From Corallochytrium limacisporum Hawaii (taxonomy: Eukaryota > Protista > Pluriformea), in NCBI GenBank assembly GCA_002811645.1, contig PDIP01000088.1, positions 1 to 64,000 on the forward strand: a DNA stretch of 64,000 nucleotides, in the 5' to 3' direction. A program made the translations under genes and the position numbers. This document shows positions 22,285-31,957 of the stretch, piece by piece. The number at the start of each line of letters is the position of its first letter. Positions within the stretch are counted from its first letter, which is position 1. The notes under the pieces are model-generated. The model was not told the DNA's origin. It made no database searches and saw only the letters and a program-made list of their open reading frames with translations.

Positions 22285-25200
22285 ATGGAGATCCAAAGGG
22301 AGAGGTCTGCGAAGGCCAAGGAAAAGGACATCACTCCTGCAGAGCAGACCGTGGGTCCAGAGGGCCAAGTACCGGAATCGTTAAAACCGGAAGACTTCGG
22401 CTTAAAGCCAACCGCAGAGGCTGCTGATGAAACGGTGAAGTCAAAAGAAGTGCAGGACACTAGTGCAGCAGAAGAATCTGCGGAGAAGGAGAACGACCCG
22501 ACGGCTGAGTCAGCAGCAAAAGAGCAGCCTGCGTTAAGCACACACCTGCAATCATGGTACGACGAGTCTGCAAAGCAAGGTGGGCTGTATGCAGGGCTAG
22601 TGGATGAGATCCGTGCTATGGAGAAGGAAGAGTACATTGAACCCAAAGCACCGGAACAAGAGTTTGAGGCCGACCGCGTCGAAGCGGCGGAACTAGAGCA
22701 TCCAATCGGTACAGAAGCACCTGTGGTGGAGCAATTTCGGGAGGAAACCGTGCCACCAGACGTACCGCCGCTGGTTTATTCGTTTCTCAGCGACGACCTG
22801 GCTGCCACCGCTGTGGTGCCGGCCTCCACGACAGTCTTTGAGAACATCCTAAGCGATACACAGTGGGATCAACTGCACCAAAACGTCTTCATTGGCAGTC
22901 ATGAGCGCATATTCAATCACCACATGCATCTGCGGCGTCGAAAAAGCTATTTACACACCCTGTTGGAGGACTGGTGCGCCACAGCGGAGAATCTGAATCG
23001 GGAGCGAAAGACTCTCAGCAACATACTTGCGGAATCAGAGTTATTGGAAGCGCTGGTCTGGGAGTCACAGTCAATGGCAGAGACTATCCAAGGCGAATGT
23101 GGGGACGGCTTGCAGCTCAAGCATACTTTTCAACACCAGAAAGTGGAGTACAAAGACGACGTGGTGGCCATCGTAGAATCGAGATGGCGGAGTACCTTTG
23201 CGAACTTTGCGCAGACAGTAGGTACGTCCGAGTTTAGGTACTACTCGATGAAGCACACGATCGAAGCGGTACTTTGTCAGGTCATGCGCTCGGCGCATGA
23301 GAGTGATTCTGGTCGATCTGAAGGTGATGGCATGGAAGTGCCAAAGGGTAAGTTCAGAACCAAAGAATTTGAGCCAATGGCGGAAAATAAGGCTGAAACG
23401 GAGCTACCGGAAGGTCTGAACGGGGTCATTGAGAGTATTCATGACCTACTGCATATGATTGAGATTGTAGGAATCAAGACTAGGTCCCACAGGCGGCGGT
23501 CGTCTACCACTCATCGGGACGGTGAGGAAAGTTTGATAGATAAGGTTCTGGAAACCATGCAGAGATGGGTAAGTGATTTGTTTGAGCAATCTAGGCCGCT
23601 GCTGAGCTACGATGGTCATCGACTCCTGCTCCTCTGTTTGCTCAGATCATGGTCTTGCAGCAGATTGACCAAGACAATTCTTTCGTTTCCGAGCGGCCGC
23701 TTCCGTGACGAGATGACTGACTACGTTCTTTCTGTAATGGGCACTCTACTTACACCTCTACCTCGGGATCAGATCTGGGAAGAACGTAATGTGCCTGAAT
23801 TACATCAGACTCCGGGGCTGGAAGCTGAGATTGAAGACGATCTTACTGAGTACGAAGTTGTCCGTGACAAGGTGGAAGATGTACGTAAGACAGCCCAGAG
23901 TATGTTCCAGCTTGACGAAGACTCCTACCTTGCAATGCTCGACCAGATGCCTCTGAATCGCCTTGTAGTAACATTGATCGAAGAATTGGACTCACACGAC
24001 CCACGTCGGATTATCAATGCTCTGGGTCGCTGCCGAGAGATCATTGAATTGTTGGCCTTGGTCCTAAGTCACTGGCCTACAGGGTCGTATCGTTTCATTC
24101 GCCGACGTGTCACGCTGAACATTCAGGAGATCCTGATTGTCTGCGCGACCAAAAGCCAAGAGTACGATCTGTCCCTGGAGGACAAACGCGGTGATCTCCT
24201 CAGCGAAGATCAGAGACCACTCCATCGCATCCTTTTTCTGGAGTCCCAGAATCTGCTACAGATGTTCGTGGAGGTGATTTTGGCATCCCAGTCATTCGGG
24301 GTATGGCAGACTCTCGTAGATTTGCCGTACCGGCTCCTCAGCGATGATCTCGCCTGGCAAATCTTCCACGAATTCCATATATCTGCCAACAACAACGAGG
24401 CTGCCGCTAAACGGCATCAGGTACGGTGTGCTGCGGATTGGGTTCGCATGCATGAAGAGGACACCTCATTGCGCACTGCGTTCCGTGACAGGCTCATGCT
24501 ATTTCATGAGGATGACGGATTTCATTTGTTGTCATCACTTGCGGCCCTGGGACTCAGTCGTGTGGAAGATCGTCATTCCATGCGCAGGTCACCGTCGGAT
24601 GCTAGAAGTCCACAGACATCCACTCTCACTGAAGCAGTGATTTTGGAGATCTTTGAAATTTGCTACAAGGACCGCTTTGCACGTTCCAAGTACTACAAGG
24701 TTGGACGCGGTCTGTTGCGCAGCATGACGAGCGTTTACCCTCGGGGTCTGAGCTGTCTCCTGACAGAGATTGTGCGTCACTTTGATTCTATGGGAGCCAT
24801 GGCCACGCATCTGTTTACTGATCTCCCGCTCCACTACTGGACGCCCGACAGTCATGATTTTGTGAATCTTGAGGCACTCTTGCTCAGTTCGGCTGTCAGT
24901 CTTTCGAAACTGAATGCTGCGAAGGGTGTGTTTGCGCGGGATCTGCTGCTGAGATTGAATTGGAAATGGATGAGCACTGAGGGTGGGCACCACAGGCCCT
25001 GTATTGATTCTGTTTCGCACCAGCGAGTGGCAATCATGGTGGTTAAATATTTGGCCAAGCTGGCGCAATCGGCAGTAGGCGGTGATGCATCTGTCACGGA
25101 TATGTCTAGTAGTGGTGGCATAAGTACTTATGTGTCTTCTCTAGGTTATCTAGTCAGTACTGTCACGAAACCATTCGCCGGGCAGAAGACCGTGGATCTG

Positions 25201-28200
25201 AAAGTGATCGCCTGGGCCTGGGACCTGCTATTGCAGTTGCAGTTGTTGCCCCTTGATGGACACTTAGACGCGCCACCTGGAGTAGATTTCTATGTTGAGG
25301 TACGGGATGGCAGCCCAGAGACCGTGAGCAGTGTGGATATGTACGATCCCGTGGTCGTCGATGACAACAAAAACCTGCCTGAGATGCTCACTAGAGTTGA
25401 TCCGGCTATTGCTGCATACGTCTCGCTAATGCTCACCCCAGTGGGTCGTGAGTACTCAGTATTTGCCCAGTCAGGAGCGCTCATGCTGCACGAAGTACTC
25501 AAGTGTGACCGGGAAGATGTCATTCTTCGAGTTGTACACGATGTCGTCTCTCGCCACATTGGCAATGAGAAGTTTCGGCTGCTGAACAATGTCGAATTTG
25601 GGAACTGGGTTGTAGCTCTCTTTGCAAAGCTCGAGGAAGTAGAGTCTTCCGCAACGATGATGCCGTCTCTGGGACAGTACATGGCGTCCTATCTCAGCTA
25701 CGGTGATGCGGGACGCATTAATCGAAGTGCTACACTGCCTGTGGGACACCAAGAACGTGAGGCCGCAGTCGAAGCGGAAGAGATGCAGGCGCTCTGTAAT
25801 TTGATCTACAGCAGCATTCTGGGCCCGGCTTCCAAGTTAGATGAAAATTCCGTGTCTCGATTGCTGTTTTGGGTCAACGCAGTCATGAAAGTACCGAATT
25901 GGACTCATAATCGTATGTGCCAGGTTGTGCTCAATTGCATAACTCAGGTTGCCTTTATGTATAACAATGCTTACAACACGATCCTTGGACTCCTCACCAA
26001 CGACTACCAGCGTCTGCTCATGGCCAACAGCAGCCGTGGCAAGGGTTACATCGACCAGGGCCTAGCATTGTCGCGCAAGTTTGTCAATATCGGGGGTTCA
26101 TACGGACGAGAGAGTGCGTTAGTGGACCCGCTCTTGCTCGGACCTCCGCAGGCGCTACTGGAGGGCAGTAGTGGGGAGAATTCGGACGGCCTCAACGAAA
26201 GATCTACTGCTGGAGTTCTCATTGACGCAGAATGGGTGCAGAAGAGCTACCTGGGCCAGATGCTCAATGCCTTGAAATCCATTGATCACTCATCAACGTC
26301 GATGCTGCCATACACAGTGTTCACTCTGCTGCTCACTGAAACCATCGCAGAGCGGAGCATGCGCCTGGAGGTAGGTAGGTATCTCATGAAGCGACCCGAG
26401 TTGGCCATTTGTGATGTCTCCAAACAACGGGATTTCAATCTTTACATGAATGTGGAGCACATGGTTATTCATGATTGGTCACTGGCGATCTTGAATCTTC
26501 CAGATGACCATGACATTTTGCCCCTGTTCTTGCAAATGTGGTTCTGTCTTTACTATGAGAGCGTAGAAGATGTGAGCCGAAGCATGGTCGTCCATCACGA
26601 CGACGGCGGTATGAACCTCGCGAACTGCTATCGTTTCGGTTTGCGCATTCTGGAGGGTGAACCGCTCCGCATTGTGCAAAGAATCAAGACTAAACTACGA
26701 GCCTGCATTGGCGCTGCTGAGCGAGCCATTGGTCAGCCTCTGTCGAAGAAGAGGACCTCGTTGTATCAGGCCATGCTCAAGTGGATTGAAGATGACCGTC
26801 TCAACGCGAGACGGCAGCACGTGAATCTCAAACAACTAGGCTATGAGTACGATTTGGCACATCTGATGACCGTTCTACAGCCTGACAGTCTGAAGGACAT
26901 GCGTCAGAGCCTGTGGCGAGATTACGTCGACTGGTCTGCTGTTCACAAGGCTGTAGAGGCACGGGCAGTGGTTATGCGAAGTGTTGTCAGCCCAACAGAA
27001 GAAAACGAGGACCTAGTACAGAGGGACAGTGACTTTGTATCCCGCAGGCTGGCAGCAAAGACGGGCAAGTGGGTAACAGAGGCAGACGAGGATGATCAGA
27101 GGGAACCTGAGGTTATTGCGCGCCACGATTTTAGTCGTGTCCTGGAGGACATCGAAGTAGCAGCTGCGGATCCATTGGAGTGCCAGAAATTGATGCGCTC
27201 TGTCGAGTCCCAGTTGGACGAATTAGGCAAAACTGCCACCAGACTGACTGAGAATCAGGCCGGGTTCTTTGCTGCCCTAAAAAATCTATACCAGGAGTCG
27301 CAGGAGACTGTGGTCATGCAGTTGCGCTGCGATCGTGACCAGCTGGCCGATGGCACTCATGTGGACACGGAAGAGTGCTCTCGGCCAGCCAGGCTAATCT
27401 TCACAAAGACTGCGTACACCATCAATTCGAAGGAGGAAGGATCACTGCAACACCACCGGGAGGCAATTCTGCGTTACTACCGCAAGGGTGCTTGCTCAGA
27501 GGTGCTGGCGCGGCAAACATTTTTGATCAGCGAGGCCCTCCGTCGCACACTGGATGGTGACGAGAGCAAGGGCCACCCGTTGTGGGCTGAAACTGTCAGC
27601 TACATTCGGCCACGGCACCGCAGCGTACAGTTTGCAACCAATGCAACTCAGTACGTCCTCGCCGTGCCAATTATGGTCAACACGACCATCGGCTCTGTCC
27701 TCATGAAGCAACTGAAGAAAGGCTGGATGCCCATCGAGAATAGTCAGGCGCTGCTGATGCTTCTCAAGGAGGCAAAAGAGTCCCGAGAGGATTATGACTA
27801 TGGTAGCATCCTGTCCTTTGCTGACGCCATGGCTGATGAATGGTCTCCATTAACGGGTACGTGGGAGAAAGATGCCCAGACGGTCTATAATCATATTACT
27901 GCTGACCTAACCTTAGTTACGCAGAACATTTTGGCAAAGATTTTGCGAAGCTTTGATGCCTTCTATGAGCGTCGCCTCACCCGACCAGGGCCAGTCTGCA
28001 CTGAGGAGACTGCCATGGCAGCCTTTGATGCGCTCAATCGCTGCACCAGCGGCCATCAGGTCGTTGCCATGTTACAAGTACTCTGCCACCACATTGCCTG
28101 CATGATGCGCACGTATGGACTATTGTTAATCACCAGACTCTTCCGCATGGCAACGACCACCGTCCGCTATGCAGACCCAGAGGAGCAGGGCCGCGGTTCT

Positions 28201-30705
28201 GACATTAATTCAGAATTCTGGCTGCGTTTGATAGAAGAGTGGCGACCTACCATTGCCGAGGAACCAGGAACTGCCCATCGCCTTCACCAGCTGATTGACA
28301 GTTTGCATGCCCCCGAAGAGGGACAACCGATCGAAAAGGCACAACAGCGAAGGAACAAATGCGTGAATCATTTATGTGGTCTTGGACAAGCGTTAGCCGT
28401 TCTCATGGAGGACACGTTTGCCTCTGAGGTACGAGCTAAGGCCCAGTCTGCGGATGCGTTTCGCAGCGGTGCTCCGGATGCAATGTCCATGACGGAGGCA
28501 CTTTGGCAGTTCTACTGTCCATGGATACTGAGCAGCGAGCTCAGCATGGCCGCGGTTGATGACCTGCTGCCTTTAGTGGCAGCCTATCTACGGTCTGTGG
28601 CGCACATTGCGCGCCTCAGACTTCCAGGCATGGAGCTGGCCATGCAGCACTTGATTGAAATCTACATTTGCCACCGCAGTGCTCCGTACTTTCCGCGATT
28701 GAGACCGCTGCTTCAGGATCAGGCACCTTGGCAGTACTACCCGGTATCCACGAAGGACATGAAACAGTTACTGCGCATCCTAAACCACGACGACATTTCT
28801 GTACCTGCTCCTGGGGAACAGGATTTTCTTCTCTGGGCTAATGCCATGACCGACTGGCGCTGGGACGTCCTCTTCCACAACGATGACGGTCCTGAATTTG
28901 TGATTGCAGCGCTGAAACTATTGCTCACTCTCAATACGGAGCAAACCACGGAAGCCATTAGTCGTGTGATTGACCTCATCGTTGACACTGGGGATTTGCT
29001 TGCACTCAGCTCCCAGGAATTTAACCCGCTGAGGGAGATCTGTACGTTCTTGGCCAACGACTGTCGTACAGATCCCGTGGCATCGTGGAATGCGCTGTAT
29101 CTAATGTCCCGCCAGCTCCTTGCCCAGAGGCCAGGGTTTGCGGAGCGTGTAGTCTGCATTTCGCTTGAGATGTCTCTGCAAACATTGCGTACCGCCGCCC
29201 AGCACAGCCCGGACGCTGCGCTCAGCCTGGCATGTGCGTATGCAGACCTCCTTTTATACACAGAGAAAGTTGTGGTCTACATGCAGCAGGACGAACGGTA
29301 TGCGAAAGGCCGGGTGCTGATCAGCCAGCGCCGAATAGATCTGTGGTGCGGTCTCTTCCGCGTGGTTGAGGATTGCTACATTCACGTACAGCCGAACAGC
29401 ACCCAACAGCAAATCTTGCAGGCCACGAGTAATGGTAGCACCAGCCTCAGCAACACTACGGTCGCGGCGGCTGCGTCATCGGTGTTGGGCATGGGTGTAA
29501 ACAACAGCAATTTGGCCACTACTGCACCCATCAATGCCCACCAATCACCTGGAGAAGACTTTCTGCTTCTGATTCCACTGCTGAGCTACCTTGTTCAGGA
29601 GCACCGGCAGCTGATGAAGGGTACTAGTGGCAACAGCATAAACACCCGCATCAACGCATCCTTGTCCTCGACCCAACTGCGCCTGCCCTGGCAATACCTT
29701 GGAATGTGCATGGAGCGGGATCATGACCTACTGCAGTGCCTGGATATACTTGTTTACCTCTCTGCCACCTACGCGGAAGAGCAAGAGGAAAATGGATTCA
29801 GCTCTACTGCCAGTGCACCTAGCCTCGTCAATTCCTCGTCTTTGATGGCGTCACTCTTTGTCATTCTCGACGACTACATGGGAGACGATTTTCGTCCGCT
29901 CGAACTCCTGCGCCGTGCTGAGGGTTACGGGTTGTATCTCGCATGTGTGGTCATCCTTGCGTACTGTTTGCACGATCTACAGCACCAGGGCTCTTCGCGG
30001 GCTCGCTTGGGGAATAATCAGGTCTTTGAACTCCTCACTGCTGTGGGTGACCTAATCATCACCTGGCGACCGTCCAAGGCCGTGTCACGTCGCCATAGTA
30101 TGTGTGAGGCGGTTCCATTAAGGACATGTTTTGATCAGTCGTTGACAGTCATCCCCTTGCTCAGTGCATATGTCGGCCTCCTACAGTTCCAGTCTGAGGT
30201 TACACGGATCCGTTCTTGCCTGAAAGGCGTGCAGGACCATGCTACATGGCTTACCTCCTCAAGTTCGGCCCAGGCATCCATGTACGGCCGCCTGCTCAGT
30301 GTCGTTGGCTATGAACAGGCACCTGCCGTTGACAACACGGTCACGGTCTTTGTGCGTCTCTGTGCGCTCGTCTGCGCCTACATTCGCGCCTACGACGCAG
30401 GTTTTGTACCTGAGGATATGACTCAGGCTATGACCTGCAAGGCAGAGGCCGCGAAGATGCGCCAGCAGGTCAGGGATAATAGCGAGAACCGCTTACCAAA
30501 TCATACCCAGCTCATGAGCGCCCTGGACGAGGCTCTGGACACCCGCGGTGGCAATTTAGGCCGCAGCGTGCAATTCGTGCACAGTGTAAGCCGAGCGATG
30601 CTAGGACCGCTTCTGTGGAGTGTGCTGGATCCGATACCTTCAGTTTTGGTAGAGGCATCATCGCAAGTTACGCGGGAACGAACAACGTCAGGAGAGTCTG
30701 CGTGA
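22285..30705 (+). CDS. EPG5: Autophagosome-lysosome tether EPG5 (2806 aa)
   Basis: QGECGDG..LKHTFQHQKVEY, LFTDLPLHYWTP....L..LLL, LLLRLNW and LPLFLQMWFCLYY resemble conserved EPG5 blocks. The size fits. Confidence 0.85.
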   Translation: MEIQRERSAKAKEKDITPAEQTVGPEGQVPESLKPEDFGLKPTAEAADETVKSKEVQDTSAAEESAEKENDPTAESAAKEQPALSTHLQSWYDESAKQGGLYAGLVDEIRAMEKEEYIEPKAPEQEFEADRVEAAELEHPIGTEAPVVEQFREETVPPDVPPLVYSFLSDDLAATAVVPASTTVFENILSDTQWDQLHQNVFIGSHERIFNHHMHLRRRKSYLHTLLEDWCATAENLNRERKTLSNILAESELLEALVWESQSMAETIQGECGDGLQLKHTFQHQKVEYKDDVVAIVESRWRSTFANFAQTVGTSEFRYYSMKHTIEAVLCQVMRSAHESDSGRSEGDGMEVPKGKFRTKEFEPMAENKAETELPEGLNGVIESIHDLLHMIEIVGIKTRSHRRRSSTTHRDGEESLIDKVLETMQRWVSDLFEQSRPLLSYDGHRLLLLCLLRSWSCSRLTKTILSFPSGRFRDEMTDYVLSVMGTLLTPLPRDQIWEERNVPELHQTPGLEAEIEDDLTEYEVVRDKVEDVRKTAQSMFQLDEDSYLAMLDQMPLNRLVVTLIEELDSHDPRRIINALGRCREIIELLALVLSHWPTGSYRFIRRRVTLNIQEILIVCATKSQEYDLSLEDKRGDLLSEDQRPLHRILFLESQNLLQMFVEVILASQSFGVWQTLVDLPYRLLSDDLAWQIFHEFHISANNNEAAAKRHQVRCAADWVRMHEEDTSLRTAFRDRLMLFHEDDGFHLLSSLAALGLSRVEDRHSMRRSPSDARSPQTSTLTEAVILEIFEICYKDRFARSKYYKVGRGLLRSMTSVYPRGLSCLLTEIVRHFDSMGAMATHLFTDLPLHYWTPDSHDFVNLEALLLSSAVSLSKLNAAKGVFARDLLLRLNWKWMSTEGGHHRPCIDSVSHQRVAIMVVKYLAKLAQSAVGGDASVTDMSSSGGISTYVSSLGYLVSTVTKPFAGQKTVDLKVIAWAWDLLLQLQLLPLDGHLDAPPGVDFYVEVRDGSPETVSSVDMYDPVVVDDNKNLPEMLTRVDPAIAAYVSLMLTPVGREYSVFAQSGALMLHEVLKCDREDVILRVVHDVVSRHIGNEKFRLLNNVEFGNWVVALFAKLEEVESSATMMPSLGQYMASYLSYGDAGRINRSATLPVGHQEREAAVEAEEMQALCNLIYSSILGPASKLDENSVSRLLFWVNAVMKVPNWTHNRMCQVVLNCITQVAFMYNNAYNTILGLLTNDYQRLLMANSSRGKGYIDQGLALSRKFVNIGGSYGRESALVDPLLLGPPQALLEGSSGENSDGLNERSTAGVLIDAEWVQKSYLGQMLNALKSIDHSSTSMLPYTVFTLLLTETIAERSMRLEVGRYLMKRPELAICDVSKQRDFNLYMNVEHMVIHDWSLAILNLPDDHDILPLFLQMWFCLYYESVEDVSRSMVVHHDDGGMNLANCYRFGLRILEGEPLRIVQRIKTKLRACIGAAERAIGQPLSKKRTSLYQAMLKWIEDDRLNARRQHVNLKQLGYEYDLAHLMTVLQPDSLKDMRQSLWRDYVDWSAVHKAVEARAVVMRSVVSPTEENEDLVQRDSDFVSRRLAAKTGKWVTEADEDDQREPEVIARHDFSRVLEDIEVAAADPLECQKLMRSVESQLDELGKTATRLTENQAGFFAALKNLYQESQETVVMQLRCDRDQLADGTHVDTEECSRPARLIFTKTAYTINSKEEGSLQHHREAILRYYRKGACSEVLARQTFLISEALRRTLDGDESKGHPLWAETVSYIRPRHRSVQFATNATQYVLAVPIMVNTTIGSVLMKQLKKGWMPIENSQALLMLLKEAKESREDYDYGSILSFADAMADEWSPLTGTWEKDAQTVYNHITADLTLVTQNILAKILRSFDAFYERRLTRPGPVCTEETAMAAFDALNRCTSGHQVVAMLQVLCHHIACMMRTYGLLLITRLFRMATTTVRYADPEEQGRGSDINSEFWLRLIEEWRPTIAEEPGTAHRLHQLIDSLHAPEEGQPIEKAQQRRNKCVNHLCGLGQALAVLMEDTFASEVRAKAQSADAFRSGAPDAMSMTEALWQFYCPWILSSELSMAAVDDLLPLVAAYLRSVAHIARLRLPGMELAMQHLIEIYICHRSAPYFPRLRPLLQDQAPWQYYPVSTKDMKQLLRILNHDDISVPAPGEQDFLLWANAMTDWRWDVLFHNDDGPEFVIAALKLLLTLNTEQTTEAISRVIDLIVDTGDLLALSSQEFNPLREICTFLANDCRTDPVASWNALYLMSRQLLAQRPGFAERVVCISLEMSLQTLRTAAQHSPDAALSLACAYADLLLYTEKVVVYMQQDERYAKGRVLISQRRIDLWCGLFRVVEDCYIHVQPNSTQQQILQATSNGSTSLSNTTVAAAASSVLGMGVNNSNLATTAPINAHQSPGEDFLLLIPLLSYLVQEHRQLMKGTSGNSINTRINASLSSTQLRLPWQYLGMCMERDHDLLQCLDILVYLSATYAEEQEENGFSSTASAPSLVNSSSLMASLFVILDDYMGDDFRPLELLRRAEGYGLYLACVVILAYCLHDLQHQGSSRARLGNNQVFELLTAVGDLIITWRPSKAVSRRHSMCEAVPLRTCFDQSLTVIPLLSAYVGLLQFQSEVTRIRSCLKGVQDHATWLTSSSSAQASMYGRLLSVVGYEQAPAVDNTVTVFVRLCALVCAYIRAYDAGFVPEDMTQAMTCKAEAAKMRQQVRDNSENRLPNHTQLMSALDEALDTRGGNLGRSVQFVHSVSRAMLGPLLWSVLDPIPSVLVEASSQVTRERTTSGESA

Positions 30706-30821
30706 ACTTCAGAAAGCTTGAGCACGCGAACACAAGCAGCTCGCTAACCGGTTATCAAATTCGATGCTAGTTCTTTAAAATTTTAATATGGATATGCTTT
30801 CGTTTGCATTCAATTACATGT

Positions 30822-31454
30822 TTACATGACCAAGGTCCTTGCACTGATTGAACTCGAGCTGGAGAGCAAGAGCAGTCTGCCCCGGTGCAGCGCTCTGTAG
30901 TATATGCTCCCGTCCAGATCAAGGGTAATTGCCTGTAGTGACCGTGGCAGGGTGCCGACAACACGCACAAATATGGCATATGTCTTCCAGAGTTCGCTAC
31001 GTTGGACAACGATCTCCGTGCTATCGTCATCTACAGTTGAAGAACAAACTAAGCAGACGCTTAGAAGATGGTTCGTGTCCTCGGTGAGGTACAAAGACGC
31101 TAGGTAGCGTCGTAAGGCGGCCATATTGGGGTAGTAGCGGAACTTGATGCGATGAAGACAAGCCCGAATCTCTCCCGTTGGAATCCCTTCGTCCATTTGA
31201 TCGGTTCCAATAAAATCCTCGAACGCCTGCTCCACCAAGGGCCTGACCAACTCATGAGCAATAATTATTACGCTTTGCCTATCGTCGTTTGAATTGTCCA
31301 CAATTTGCCACGCGTGACCCAGAATTAGTGAAACAACAGTGTTATTCTGGCCACCGTCTTGGCTGTTCGCTGCTTCAGAGACTATCAGCACCGGATCCTC
31401 AACCGCAATATCTGCCAACGAAGGTTGAGTTTGTTCTTTCGTTGAGTCGTGCAT
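30822..31454 (-). CDS. SWSAP1-like RAD51-paralog/Shu complex subunit (210 aa)
   Basis: SVIIIA...LHRIKFRYYPNMAALRRYLASL resembles SWSAP1 VLFLT...LQKIRFQYPPSTRELFRLLCSA. The Walker motifs are degenerate. Confidence 0.5.
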   Translation of the reverse strand: MHDSTKEQTQPSLADIAVEDPVLIVSEAANSQDGGQNNTVVSLILGHAWQIVDNSNDDRQSVIIIAHELVRPLVEQAFEDFIGTDQMDEGIPTGEIRACLHRIKFRYYPNMAALRRYLASLYLTEDTNHLLSVCLVCSSTVDDDSTEIVVQRSELWKTYAIFVRVVGTLPRSLQAITLDLDGSIYYRALHRGRLLLLSSSSSISARTLVM

Positions 31455-31957
31455 TCCTATATTCCACCGCTTTCATTGTTTCCTCGGCATAGATCTTTCC
31501 CTTGAGCTCATAGACGCCTGTCGTTCACAGCAGGAGAACGCTGTCCCACTTACGTACCCGAGCAATTCTTTCTCCCTCTTCGAACCGGCAGTCCGAATTG
31601 TTCGCGCCCAACTGATAGAACCCAAACTGAAATATTAATTAGGCCCCCGATCCCCACGCGGGTCTCTGGTCTCCTGTGCTTGGGTGGAGGGGGAGGTAAA
31701 GCGGGGGGTAAGGCTGTGGGACCCGCGCACACGCATATTTATGCCTTGTGGGGGGGTCGGCTTGTCAGGTGTTTCAGAGGCACACTGCAGATGTCATCTC
31801 ACCATCTCTGAGAGGTAATATTTATAGGCATGGCGGAAAATTTGAGAGACAGAAATAGAGTAGTAGGAAGCAGACATGTAACCATGTGACTCTTGATATC
31901 GGACATGTTGATATTGGAGTACCAGAAAACAGAAACTTAGCCACAGACCAGAGAATC

